NCBI GenBank assembly: GCA_964606415.1
Contig: CAZSGN010000001.1
Location: 1-45,532 of the forward strand
Direction of reading: 5' to 3'
From: an uncultured Bacteroidales bacterium
Lineage (GTDB): Bacteria; Bacteroidota; Bacteroidia; Bacteroidales; JBBRXJ01
DNA: 45,532 bases
A model generated the notes under the pieces. That model saw only the letters and a program-made list of their open reading frames with translations, made no database searches and was not told the DNA's origin. Below, one piece after another: positions 37,217-45,532 of this stretch; the first letter of the stretch is position 1; the number at the start of each line of letters is the position of its first letter. The position numbers and the translations under genes are program-made.

Positions 37217-38245
37217 GTGACTAAATTTTTAATTATCCGGTTCAGCTCAATTGGGGATATTGTCCTGACAACTCCTGTTATCAGAAATTTAAAAGAGCAA
37301 TTTGCCGGAGCAGAGCTTCACTACTTAACAAAAAAATCTTTTGCCCCACTCCTGGCGGATAATCCCTACATTGATAAAATCCATCTCCTGGACAAATCAC
37401 TTTCTGATATTATTCCACAGCTAAAAAAAGAATCTTTTGATTATATCATTGACTTGCACCATAACCTGCGCTCATTAATCATCAGGCATAAATTAAAAAT
37501 AAAAACATTCAGCTTCAACAAATTAAACTGGCAAAAATGGTTGATGGTTCATTTTAAGATTAATAAATTACCTGAGCAGCATATTGTCAACAGGTACATG
37601 TCCACCCTACATGAATTTCACATTAAAAATGACCAGAAAGGTCTTGATTTCTTTATCCCGGATAATTCACGGTTCGATCCCCGACAACTGCCCCCTCTCT
37701 TTCACCACGGATTCATTTCATTTGTCATTGGAGCCGGACATTTCACCAAACAAATGCCAGACAAAAAAATCACACAACTGATTAACCGCATTAACTTACC
37801 CGTATTACTTCTGGGAGGCCCCGATGATTTTAAAAAAGGAGAAAAGATCAGGATCAACTGTGGATCAAAAACATACAATCTTTGCGGGAAACTTTCTATC
37901 ATGCAATCAGCTTCTGCCGTTCAGCAATCCACCCTTGTTATAGCGCATGATACAGGTCTAATGCACATTGCCTCAGCCTTCAAAAAAGTGATCTTATCCA
38001 TCTGGGGCAACACCATACCGGCTTTTGGTATGTACCCATATTTACCCAATCCATCCTCAAAAATCTATCAAGTTGAAGGCCTGCAATGCCGGCCTTGTTC
38101 AAAAATAGGGTATCAAAAATGTCCTAAAAAACATTTCCGATGTATGCAAGATATTCCAATACATTCAATGGCCGATCATGCCATTCGGATTTTCAACCAG
38201 CATCAATCCCTTCAATCAAACGAAACGAGTAACCTTCTTCCTTAA
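37217..38245 (+). CDS. glycosyltransferase family 9 (heptosyltransferase-like)
   Basis: KFLIIRFSSIGDIVLTTPVIRNLK start, later HDTGLMHIASA; GTG start; 342 aa. Confidence 0.8.
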   Translation: MTKFLIIRFSSIGDIVLTTPVIRNLKEQFAGAELHYLTKKSFAPLLADNPYIDKIHLLDKSLSDIIPQLKKESFDYIIDLHHNLRSLIIRHKLKIKTFSFNKLNWQKWLMVHFKINKLPEQHIVNRYMSTLHEFHIKNDQKGLDFFIPDNSRFDPRQLPPLFHHGFISFVIGAGHFTKQMPDKKITQLINRINLPVLLLGGPDDFKKGEKIRINCGSKTYNLCGKLSIMQSASAVQQSTLVIAHDTGLMHIASAFKKVILSIWGNTIPAFGMYPYLPNPSSKIYQVEGLQCRPCSKIGYQKCPKKHFRCMQDIPIHSMADHAIRIFNQHQSLQSNETSNLLP

Positions 38246-38822
38246 GATAATTAATTGCTTTAGGTAGTGTATGACGTAAGTTCTTTTCTGCTTTTAAAGA
38301 ATCATGAAAAACAATAATAGAACCTGGCTGTGTGAATTTTCTTACATTTTCCATGCATTGCCAGGGTTCAATAGATTGATCAAAATCTCGCGTTAACACA
38401 TCCCACATCACTATTTTAAAATTTTTCTTAATACGAGCAATTTGTGAAGGTTTTATTCTTCCATGCGGAGGCCTGAATAAAGAGGAACCGATTAAATCAT
38501 CAGCTTTTTGAATGTCCTCATAATATCCCTGGTTAGGTGTGGTCCACCCTTTTAGATGATGAAAGGTATGATTCCCCACCTGATGCCCCTCATCAATGAT
38601 CTGCTGATACAGATCCGGCTGTTTTATCACGTTTTCTCCGACACAAAAAAAAGTAGCCTTCACCTTATGTTTATCCAAAACATCCAATATCCAGGGGGTT
38701 AATTCTAAAGTAGGGCCGTCATCAAAGGACAGAACAACCTCTTTTCTGCCATCAACAGGTATTTTCCATATCAATCCAGGGAATAATACAGGTAATATTA
38801 CGGGAGACTCTATTCTTAACAT
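38193..38822 (-). CDS. polysaccharide deacetylase (NodB homology) family protein
   Basis: LSFDDGP, ATFF..G, GHQVGNHTFHH, FRPPHG. The ATG at 38822 is preferred over the TTG at 38840. Confidence 0.8.
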   Translation of the reverse strand: MLRIESPVILPVLFPGLIWKIPVDGRKEVVLSFDDGPTLELTPWILDVLDKHKVKATFFCVGENVIKQPDLYQQIIDEGHQVGNHTFHHLKGWTTPNQGYYEDIQKADDLIGSSLFRPPHGRIKPSQIARIKKNFKIVMWDVLTRDFDQSIEPWQCMENVRKFTQPGSIIVFHDSLKAEKNLRHTLPKAINYLKEEGYSFRLIEGIDAG

Positions 38823-39162
38823 AATATTTACTTTAAACAAGCTCCTTTACTTTTAAAAGCATTAGCCAGCTCTTTTGTCTCTCTCATTCAAATAATATAA
38901 ACAACCTTCAACAAGCAAAAATACCATTTTAAGATTTGACTCCATCAAAAAAGTGCTGCCAGCTATAAAAAAAAATGTAGATTTGTGTAATAAAAGTGTA
39001 AATTAACGTGCTATACATTTCGCTAAGGGAGCTTCGATACATCATACACTTAACATGTTTAGACCCCCAATAAAGTGATTGGTGTCTTAAATCAAAAATA
39101 AATAAAGAAACAACATACACAATTTATTTTAAAATTATTCATTTAAGTTCTGACGAGCACTT

Positions 39163-40245
39163 ATGAAAATCAAAAGAATCAGTTGTCTTATTGCGCTGTC
39201 AACAATGCTCCATGCTTACACCCAGGCATTTGGAGATGATGCGATCATCAATAAACGAGATTCTCTTCCCCATCGCACAGAATCAATATACTTACATATT
39301 CCAGCTAACTTGTTTTTCAAAAACAATGAATACTTTCAACCCCATTACAAAGGATACACACTTACCGGCTCACGCCTGCGCCCTCAATTCCTTTATTCTG
39401 TCAGCTCAAAAACCACCATGGCAGCAGGCATCCATTTATTACATTTCTCAGGAGAGGCATCATTTAACCAAGTACTGCCCCTTTTTCATATCCGCCATGA
39501 ACTGCTGCCAGGCATGAATCTACAAATGGGAACTTTGAAGGGATCATTAAACCATCAACTAATCGAGCCACTTTACAGAAAAGACAGATACTACTTTGAC
39601 GAAACAGAATATGGCGTTCAATTCCTGATTAATAAAAACTGGGTTGAAAGCGATATCTGGATAGACTGGAAAAATTTTATCGAATGGGGCGACACAGAGC
39701 AAGAACATTTTATTTTCGGTACTTCATCAATATTCCATTTATTTAAGATACATGGATTTCAAATATCTCTGCCTCTGCAAACCATTACAGAACATTATGG
39801 CGGACAAATCAATAGCTCCGATAATCCTGTCAAAACAGAAAGCATTATTAGTCCCGGAATCTCATTTCAATTAATGACAAAAGCACAGAAAAAGATTACC
39901 CTTGAAAATCATTTCCCTTTATCAACAGGTGGTCAGATGCCTTTCCGGGGAGGCGGCACCGGGATTCTATCCAAAATACATGTTCATACACCAACTTACA
40001 GTCTTTCTGCCGGCTATTGGAACAGTCATCGATTCCACTCACCACAAGGAGAACCCTTGTATTTTAACACTAGTAATCAGATTAAAGAAATCATAACAGG
40101 AAAAATAGAACTCCACCAACAAACAGGGCCGGTCAGATTTGGATTGCGCGGTCAGGTCTTTCATCACCTTAAAACAGGTAAGACAGATTACAATTATTTG
40201 CTTTTTTTACTTCTTGACGAGCTTTTTTTCCTGGGTTCTGCCTGA
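39163..40245 (+). CDS. hypothetical secreted, probably outer-membrane beta-barrel protein
   Basis: Signal peptide MKIKRISCLIALSTMLHAYTQA and alternating hydrophobic beta-strand pattern. No family recognised. The last 17 codons overlap the mpg 3' end. Confidence 0.4.
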   Translation: MKIKRISCLIALSTMLHAYTQAFGDDAIINKRDSLPHRTESIYLHIPANLFFKNNEYFQPHYKGYTLTGSRLRPQFLYSVSSKTTMAAGIHLLHFSGEASFNQVLPLFHIRHELLPGMNLQMGTLKGSLNHQLIEPLYRKDRYYFDETEYGVQFLINKNWVESDIWIDWKNFIEWGDTEQEHFIFGTSSIFHLFKIHGFQISLPLQTITEHYGGQINSSDNPVKTESIISPGISFQLMTKAQKKITLENHFPLSTGGQMPFRGGGTGILSKIHVHTPTYSLSAGYWNSHRFHSPQGEPLYFNTSNQIKEIITGKIELHQQTGPVRFGLRGQVFHHLKTGKTDYNYLLFLLLDELFFLGSA

Positions 40246-40766
40246 CCATACTGAGCCAGCATATACCTCCACGGTTTATTTTTCCATTGCTCCCCGGCAT
40301 AATCTATTCCCACACGTGGCTTGGTTAAAATTTCCATAGTAGCCGGAATATCTTTCTTCTCAATCCATAACCTGTCAGACTGGGAAATATCTTCTCCATA
40401 AAAAGATTTATCAATAAGCAAATGCCGGGTTAATTTCCCAGGTCCATTAAACTGACCAGCCCCCCTGATCAAAACCGCCTGAGGGATCTCCATCTTTGCA
40501 GTAACAATATTAAACATCCAATACATGCCATAAATTAAATAAACATAAATAAGTCCGCCCTGATGATACATGACTTCATTCCTGGGTGTCCTGCCCTTAG
40601 ATACATGGCATGCCAGGTCTTCCTCACCCCGATATGCTTCAACTTCGTTGATTGTCAATCTAATTTGCTGCCCATCATCAAATTGACGCACCAAATCACA
40701 TCCAAGTAATGCCGGAGCTACATCCAACACATCTTTTTTATAAAAATAATGATCGAGTATGTTCAT
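40194..40766 (-). CDS. mpg: DNA-3-methyladenine glycosylase (Mpg/AAG family)
   Basis: VAPALLGCDLV, INEVEAYRGEEDLACH, GRTPRNEVMY..GG.IYVYLIYGMYWMFN, AVLIRG, GPGKLT; 190 aa. Confidence 0.88.
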   Translation of the reverse strand: MNILDHYFYKKDVLDVAPALLGCDLVRQFDDGQQIRLTINEVEAYRGEEDLACHVSKGRTPRNEVMYHQGGLIYVYLIYGMYWMFNIVTAKMEIPQAVLIRGAGQFNGPGKLTRHLLIDKSFYGEDISQSDRLWIEKKDIPATMEILTKPRVGIDYAGEQWKNKPWRYMLAQYGQAEPRKKSSSRSKKSK

Positions 40767-40818
40767 AAGAATTTTTTTTGTTTCCGGATTTCAAAATTAT
40801 GCAAAAAAACGGGCTATG

Positions 40819-40853
40819 AAAATGAGCAACTATATTGCATCAATCAAAAAACG
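40819..40853 (+). repeat. 35-bp perfect inverted copy of window positions 1-35
   Basis: aaaatgagcaactatattgcatcaatcaaaaaacg is the exact reverse complement of 1-35, checked base by base. Confidence 0.9.
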
Positions 40854-41121
40854 CAATATTTAAACAATATTTCAACTACATTTACAACAATATTTTAACA
40901 ATGTCTTATATCATTTAAATATTCAACCATTGCCTAAGGGTAGAACCAAATTTTTAAAAGTAAGCAGATCACTCCCGGAGACAAGCCGGATAAAAAACGC
41001 TATCGCCTCTGAATCTAATAAATAGTAATAAACCCTGCTTATCAGTATTGAAAATAATTCTATATCCCAATTCATTATCAAATAATTCCATGAAATATTC
41101 TTTTTTTTATTAAAATAATTT

Positions 41122-41129
41122 TATTTTTG
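41122..41129 (+). promoter_or_regulatory. candidate -7 box TATTTTTG for rplM-rpsI
   Basis: TAnnTTTG match 56 nt upstream of the GTG start at 41185. Confidence 0.4.
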
Positions 41130-41184
41130 CGTTCCATTTTTCATAAGAAAAAGGAAGAATTAACTAAATCAAAAAGGGAATCTC

Positions 41185-41640
41185 GTGGATACATTAAGTT
41201 ACAAAACAGTTTCGGCCAACAAGGAGACAGTGAACAAAGAGTGGGTGGTTGTTGATGCAACAAACCAAAAATTAGGCAGGTTCGCCTCTGCCGTCGCAAA
41301 AATATTACGGGGGAAAAACAAAGTTAATTTTACTCCTCATGTAGATTGCGGAGACAATGTCATTGTTTTAAATGCAGATAAGATTGTCCTGACAGGAGCC
41401 AAATGGACAGACAGGGAATACACAACCTATTCAGGTTACCCTGGAGGACAAAAAAAGTATTCACCACAGGATATTTATGAAAAAGATCCTGCCAGACTAA
41501 TTCACATGGCCGTTAAAGGAATGATCCCCAGAAATAAACTGGGAAACAAAATACTTAAAAACCTGCATGTATATACTGGATCAGAACATGGACATGAAGC
41601 TCAGAAACCAAAAACAATTAATATCAACGAAATCAAATAA
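41185..41640 (+). CDS. rplM: 50S ribosomal protein L13
   Basis: WVVVDATNQKLGRFAS.VAKILRGK, PHVDCGD.VIVLNA, GMIP.NKLG; GTG start; 151 aa. Confidence 0.95.
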   Translation: MDTLSYKTVSANKETVNKEWVVVDATNQKLGRFASAVAKILRGKNKVNFTPHVDCGDNVIVLNADKIVLTGAKWTDREYTTYSGYPGGQKKYSPQDIYEKDPARLIHMAVKGMIPRNKLGNKILKNLHVYTGSEHGHEAQKPKTININEIK

Positions 41641-41646
41641 TAACTT

Positions 41647-42033
41647 ATGGAAATACTAAACGCGTTAGGACGACGCAAAAAAGCTGTAGCACGCGCCTAC
41701 CTTCGCCCCGGCAAAGGAAATATCACTGTTAACAAGAAAGATTACAAGGAATTTTTCCCTGCCATCCAATACCAGGAAATTATCGAACAACCTCTTACTT
41801 TATTGGGCCTGGAAAATAAATATGACATCCATGTTAATGTTGACGGTGGCGGCGTGAATGGTCAGGCTGAGGCCTTGCGTCTGGCTATCTCCAGGGCTCT
41901 GGTCAAAGAAGACCCTGAATACAGGAACACACTAAAGGTGAACAACTGCCTCAGAAGAGATCCACGGCAGGTTGAGCGGAAAAAACCAGGACAACCAAAA
42001 GCAAGGAAGAAATTCCAGTTTAGCAAGCGTTAA
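41647..42033 (+). CDS. rpsI: 30S ribosomal protein S9
   Basis: GRRKKAVARAYL.PGKG.ITVN, VDGGGVNGQAEA.RLAISRAL, C-terminal RKKPGQPKARKKFQFSKR. Confidence 0.96.
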   Translation: MEILNALGRRKKAVARAYLRPGKGNITVNKKDYKEFFPAIQYQEIIEQPLTLLGLENKYDIHVNVDGGGVNGQAEALRLAISRALVKEDPEYRNTLKVNNCLRRDPRQVERKKPGQPKARKKFQFSKR

Positions 42034-42172
42034 TAACGGCGTTGCAAAGTCATACTCCAATTATACTACGGGGCTCATGATGATATCTTTGCTGCATGAT
42101 CCATTACATGATACTTGTTAGAAAGAATTGGTTCAGATTTAATTTGTCATAAATATTGGTTTTAATCCCGTG

Positions 42173-42199
42173 AAAAGCGATCTCAGTGGATCGTTTTTT
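42173..42199 (+). terminator. intrinsic terminator about 140 nt downstream of rpsI
   Basis: aaaagcgatc-tcagtg-gatcgtttttt: stem with a flanking A-run and a T6 run. Confidence 0.65.
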
Positions 42200-42357
42200 C
42201 AAATATGACAAAATAATGTTTATTATTGCTCAAAAATATAATGAACAAACTTTGATATAAAGCAGTTTAGTATCTAAATCATCAGGATTTCCTTTAAGCA
42301 AGAGGAACTACCTTATGATTGCTTTAATTAGAATGTAAACTTTTAAAAAAAAGAAAA

Positions 42358-43314
42358 ATGCCAAGAATTGAAATTAAAGAATTACTCGATGCTGGTGTGC
42401 ATTTCGGCCACCTAAAAAGAAAATGGAATCCCAATATGGCTCCTTATATTTTTATGGAGCGTAACGGAATTCATATTATTGACCTCCAGAAAACACAAGC
42501 AAAAATTGACGAAGCATGTGATGCCCTTCGCCAGATTGCCCGTTCAGGAAGGAAAATACTCTTCGTTGCCACAAAGAAACAAGCAAAAGACATCGTGGCA
42601 GAAAAAGTCAAAGAAGTAAACATGCCTTATGTTACTGAAAGATGGCCAGGTGGGATGTTAACCAACTTTCCCACCATCAGGAAAACCATCAAAAAAATGA
42701 CCACGATTGACAAAATGATGAATGACGGCTCCTTTGATAATTTATCAAAACGAGAGCGTTTACAAATAGAACGTCAGCGTGCAAAACTTGAAAGAAACTT
42801 TGGGAGTATTGCTGATATGAACAGAATTCCCTCTGCAATGTTTATCGTTGACGTGGGTAATGAACATATTGCACTCCGCGAAGCTCAAATATTGAATATC
42901 CCGGTATTCGGAATGGTAGATACCAATTCGGATCCTTCTGATCTTGCATTCCCCATTCCAGCTAATGATGATGCCTCCAAGTCTATTGCCTTAATTATTG
43001 AACATGCCACTAAAGCCATCCAGGAAGGATTAAGCGAGAGGAAATCAGATAAAGAAAAAGATAAAGCAGAAGAAGGTGGGCAAGAAAGCAACCCAAAAGA
43101 GAAAAAAACAAGGAAAAGAACAACTAAGGTAGCAGACACTGAAAATCAGGAAAAAGAAGAGGCTTCTACTAAAAATGAAAACAAAGAAAAGGAAAAAACC
43201 TCTCCGGCTAAAAAAAATATAAAACAAGACAATACTGATAACACTCAGGAAACAAAACAAGATGATAATCGTCAGGAAGTTAACGCTGACAAAGACAAAT
43301 CATCAGATCAATAA
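42358..43314 (+). CDS. rpsB: 30S ribosomal protein S2 with a long charged C-terminal tail
   Basis: LLDAGVHFGH, RWNP.M, ILFV.TK.QA, ERW.GGMLTNF, VDTN.DP; 318 aa. The last approx. 93 residues are K/E/D/N/Q-rich. Confidence 0.95.
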   Translation: MPRIEIKELLDAGVHFGHLKRKWNPNMAPYIFMERNGIHIIDLQKTQAKIDEACDALRQIARSGRKILFVATKKQAKDIVAEKVKEVNMPYVTERWPGGMLTNFPTIRKTIKKMTTIDKMMNDGSFDNLSKRERLQIERQRAKLERNFGSIADMNRIPSAMFIVDVGNEHIALREAQILNIPVFGMVDTNSDPSDLAFPIPANDDASKSIALIIEHATKAIQEGLSERKSDKEKDKAEEGGQESNPKEKKTRKRTTKVADTENQEKEEASTKNENKEKEKTSPAKKNIKQDNTDNTQETKQDDNRQEVNADKDKSSDQ

Positions 43315-43348
43315 TAATATTCATCGATTATAAAAAGAATTTTAAGCT

Positions 43349-44176
43349 ATGGAAATTAAAGCTGCCGATGTCGCAAAACTAAGAAAACTCACAGGTGCTG
43401 GCATGATGGATTGCAAAAAAGCCCTCCAGGAAGCTGAAGGTGATTTTGATAAAGCCACACAGATTATACGTGAAAAAGGAAAAGCAATCGCCAATAAACG
43501 GTCCGACCGTGAAGCCAGCGAAGGCGTTGTTCTTGCCAAAAGTAGTGAGGATAATAAGAAAGGTGCGCTCATCGTTCTTAATTGTGAAACAGATTTTGTT
43601 GCCAAAAACGATGATTTTGTTGCTCTTGCTGAAGAAATTCTCAATGTTGCGCTCAACGAAATGCCTGCTAATAGCGATGAGCTCAAAGAGAAATCATTAG
43701 GGCCTGTTAAAATTTCAGAAAAAATTGCAGAGTCAACAGGCATCATTGGTGAGAAAATTGAATTATCATATTATGATTATATTCAAGCTGAAGCAGTAGT
43801 CTCATACATACACCCTGGCAATAAAATAGCGGCACTTGTTGGAATGAACAAGGATGTTAAAGACATACAGATTGCCAAAGACATTGCCATGCAGGTAGCT
43901 GCCATGAACCCTGTTGCCCTCACCGAAGAAAGCGTCCCCCAGAATATGATTGACCAGGAACTAGAGACTGGGAGACAGCAAGCAAGACAAGAAGGAAAAC
44001 CAGAAGATTTACTCGATAAAATAGCTCAGGGAAAATTGAATAAATTTTTCAAGGAAAGTACACTTCTCAATCAACAATTCATTAAAGAGAACAAAAAGAG
44101 TGTGAAGCAATATCTTCAGGAGCAGGATAAAGAGCTAACTGTTACTGGATTTAAACGGTATTCTTTAGTCGGATAA
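43349..44176 (+). CDS. tsf: translation elongation factor Ts
   Basis: VAKLRKLTGAGMMDCKKAL.EAEGDFDKA UBA-like start, NCETDFVAKN; 275 aa. Confidence 0.95.
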   Translation: MEIKAADVAKLRKLTGAGMMDCKKALQEAEGDFDKATQIIREKGKAIANKRSDREASEGVVLAKSSEDNKKGALIVLNCETDFVAKNDDFVALAEEILNVALNEMPANSDELKEKSLGPVKISEKIAESTGIIGEKIELSYYDYIQAEAVVSYIHPGNKIAALVGMNKDVKDIQIAKDIAMQVAAMNPVALTEESVPQNMIDQELETGRQQARQEGKPEDLLDKIAQGKLNKFFKESTLLNQQFIKENKKSVKQYLQEQDKELTVTGFKRYSLVG

Positions 44177-44194
44177 TATAATAATACTACCTAT

Positions 44195-44224
44195 AAAAAA
44201 GAGAGCTATTTGCTCTCTTTTTTT
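44195..44224 (+). terminator. intrinsic terminator after tsf
   Basis: aaaaaagagagc-tattt-gctctcttttttt. Confidence 0.8.
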
Positions 44225-44241
44225 GCTAAAAACAACCCTGA

Positions 44242-44952
44242 ATGAATCAAAAGTTCAAAAAAATCCTGCTAAAATTAAGTGGCGAATCTCTTTTATCAAA
44301 AGAAGGCAAGCCTATTTCATCCGAACACTTAAACCATTATGTATCTGAAATCAAGGATGCATTATCAATAGGAACACGAATTGGCGTAGTCATTGGAGGA
44401 GGAAATATATTCCGGGGGCTTGGCCATGATGCCAAAATAGACAGGATTTCCGGAGATTACATGGGAATGATGGCCACTGTGATCAATGGTATAGCACTTC
44501 AGGCAGCTTTAAGAAGTAATGGGGTCCAAGCCAGGTTACTAACAGCCATTGAAATGAAGCCGGTAGCTGAACGCTACAGCAAGGATCTTATGGAAAAAGC
44601 TTTTAATGATCATGAAGTGGTTATCTTCGGGTTTGGTACTGGCAACCCTTTCTTTACAACCGACACAGCAGCATCACTCAGGGCCGTAGAAATGAATGCA
44701 GATATTTTAATAAAAGGCACCCGTGTAGATGGTATTTATAATGCTGATCCCGAGAAAGAACCCACAGCAAAAAAATACAAAGAAATTACCTTTCGCGAAG
44801 CCATGGATCAGCATCTAAAAATCATGGATCTTACAGCATTTTCCATGTGCATGGATAATAAATTACCTATTTTTGTTTTTAACATGGCAGAAAAAGGTTC
44901 CCTTAAAAAAATAATTTTAGGTGAAAATATTGGAACTTTGGTTAAAAATTAA
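44242..44952 (+). CDS. pyrH: UMP kinase
   Basis: KKILLKLSGESL, VIGGGNIFRG, GTGNPFFTTDTAA.LRA.E, KGT.VDG.Y..DP; 236 aa. Confidence 0.95.
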   Translation: MNQKFKKILLKLSGESLLSKEGKPISSEHLNHYVSEIKDALSIGTRIGVVIGGGNIFRGLGHDAKIDRISGDYMGMMATVINGIALQAALRSNGVQARLLTAIEMKPVAERYSKDLMEKAFNDHEVVIFGFGTGNPFFTTDTAASLRAVEMNADILIKGTRVDGIYNADPEKEPTAKKYKEITFREAMDQHLKIMDLTAFSMCMDNKLPIFVFNMAEKGSLKKIILGENIGTLVKN

Positions 44953-44989
44953 TATTATTGGATTGTAACCCTTTAAATTTTTCATTATC

Positions 44990-45532
44990 ATGGAAGATGA
45001 AGTACAATTATTTATAGATGATGCAAAAGAAAACATGGAAAAATCCGTGCATCACCTTGAATCATCATTAGCATCAATCCGTGCAGGAAAAGCGGATCCA
45101 AACATTCTCAACGGCATTACCGTCGATTATTATGGCGTTGAAACGCCACTTAACCAGGTTTCCAATATCGGAACCCCTGATGCCGTAACAATTTCAATAC
45201 AACCCTGGGAAAAAAACATGATTGGCCCCATAGAAAAAGCCATCATGAGTTCAAATATTGGTTTGACGCCTGCCAATAATGGTGAACTCATCCGCTTAAA
45301 TATCCCCCCTTTGACTGAAGATCGCCGTAAAGATCTTGTTAAACAAGTTCGGAACGAAGGTGAAAATGCAAAAATCAGTATACGAAATACAAGAAGGGAT
45401 GCCAACGAGGAGTTTAAAAAACTCCAGAAAGAAGGATTATCCGAAGATGAAACCAAAGATGCAGAAGCTAAAGTACAGGAATTGACCGAGCATAATACGA
45501 AACGAGTTGATCAACTCGTTAATAATAAAGAA
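44990..45532 (+). CDS. frr: ribosome recycling factor, 3'-partial (runs off the window)
   Basis: Not in the supplied ORF track because no stop lies in the window. Manual translation from the ATG at 44990 gives MEDEVQLFIDDAKENMEKSVHHLESSLASIRAGKADPNILNGITVDYYG...IRLNIPPLTEDRRKDLVKQV...ISIRNTRRDAN, a full-length match to the Frr pattern. Confidence 0.9.
   Translation, partial: MEDEVQLFIDDAKENMEKSVHHLESSLASIRAGKADPNILNGITVDYYGVETPLNQVSNIGTPDAVTISIQPWEKNMIGPIEKAIMSSNIGLTPANNGELIRLNIPPLTEDRRKDLVKQVRNEGENAKISIRNTRRDANEEFKKLQKEGLSEDETKDAEAKVQELTEHNTKRVDQLVNNKE

Noticed and set aside
37671-37682. tRNA T-loop-like GGTTCGATCCCC
   Set aside because: The flanks do not form a T-stem or an acceptor/anticodon cloverleaf, and the site is inside the GT9 coding sequence (…NSRFDPRQLP…).
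38929-39120. 63-aa minus-strand ORF in the deacetylase/OM-protein spacer
   Set aside because: Aromatic and Ile-rich composition typical of AT-rich non-coding DNA. No motif, and it lies in a divergent promoter region.
43342-43746. 134-aa minus-strand ORF antisense to tsf
   Set aside because: Ser/Ala/Leu-rich composition typical of an antisense reading of a conserved gene. tsf on the plus strand is unambiguous.

Overview
AT-rich chromosomal segment with clear Bacteroidota signatures: T9SS C-terminal sorting domains, a PorP/SprF-like gene, TAnnTTTG -7 promoter boxes, DUF4290-murA, and an atp operon split from atpDC. About 48 tightly packed genes, mostly housekeeping. In order: a truncated cobU remnant, desulfoferrodoxin and ferritin; a nucleotide-sugar operon (ugd-uxs-rfbA-rfbC-rfbD-phosphosugar mutase); yjbQ; a T9SS type-B cargo/PorP-SprF pair divergent from an ECF sigma/anti-sigma pair; a PPP phosphatase; grpE-dnaJ; a tandem USP; rdgB; a PorZ-like propeller protein; recO; yceD-rpmF-plsX-fabH; bactofilin-atpZ-atpI-like-atpBEFHAG; murA-DUF4290; uvrD/pcrA; another type-B cargo; GT9, a polysaccharide deacetylase and a putative OM protein; mpg; rplM-rpsI; rpsB-tsf-pyrH-frr (frr runs off the 3' edge and is missing from the ORF track). 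I saw no rRNA, tRNA, CRISPR array, transposase or integrase. The best candidate for something undescribed is the sigma/anti-sigma module at 11976-13677. Its membrane-anchored anti-sigma-like protein carries a SprB-like repeat and a T9SS type-B sorting domain as its extracytoplasmic part, and sits back to back with a PorP/SprF plus type-B cargo pair. This suggests secretion-coupled (FlgM-like) control of a sigma factor. The second theme is a set of short, partly palindromic repeat families in the intergenic regions, including a 35-bp perfect inverted repeat between the window edge and 40819-40853. All functional calls rest on motif recognition by eye; no database search was run.
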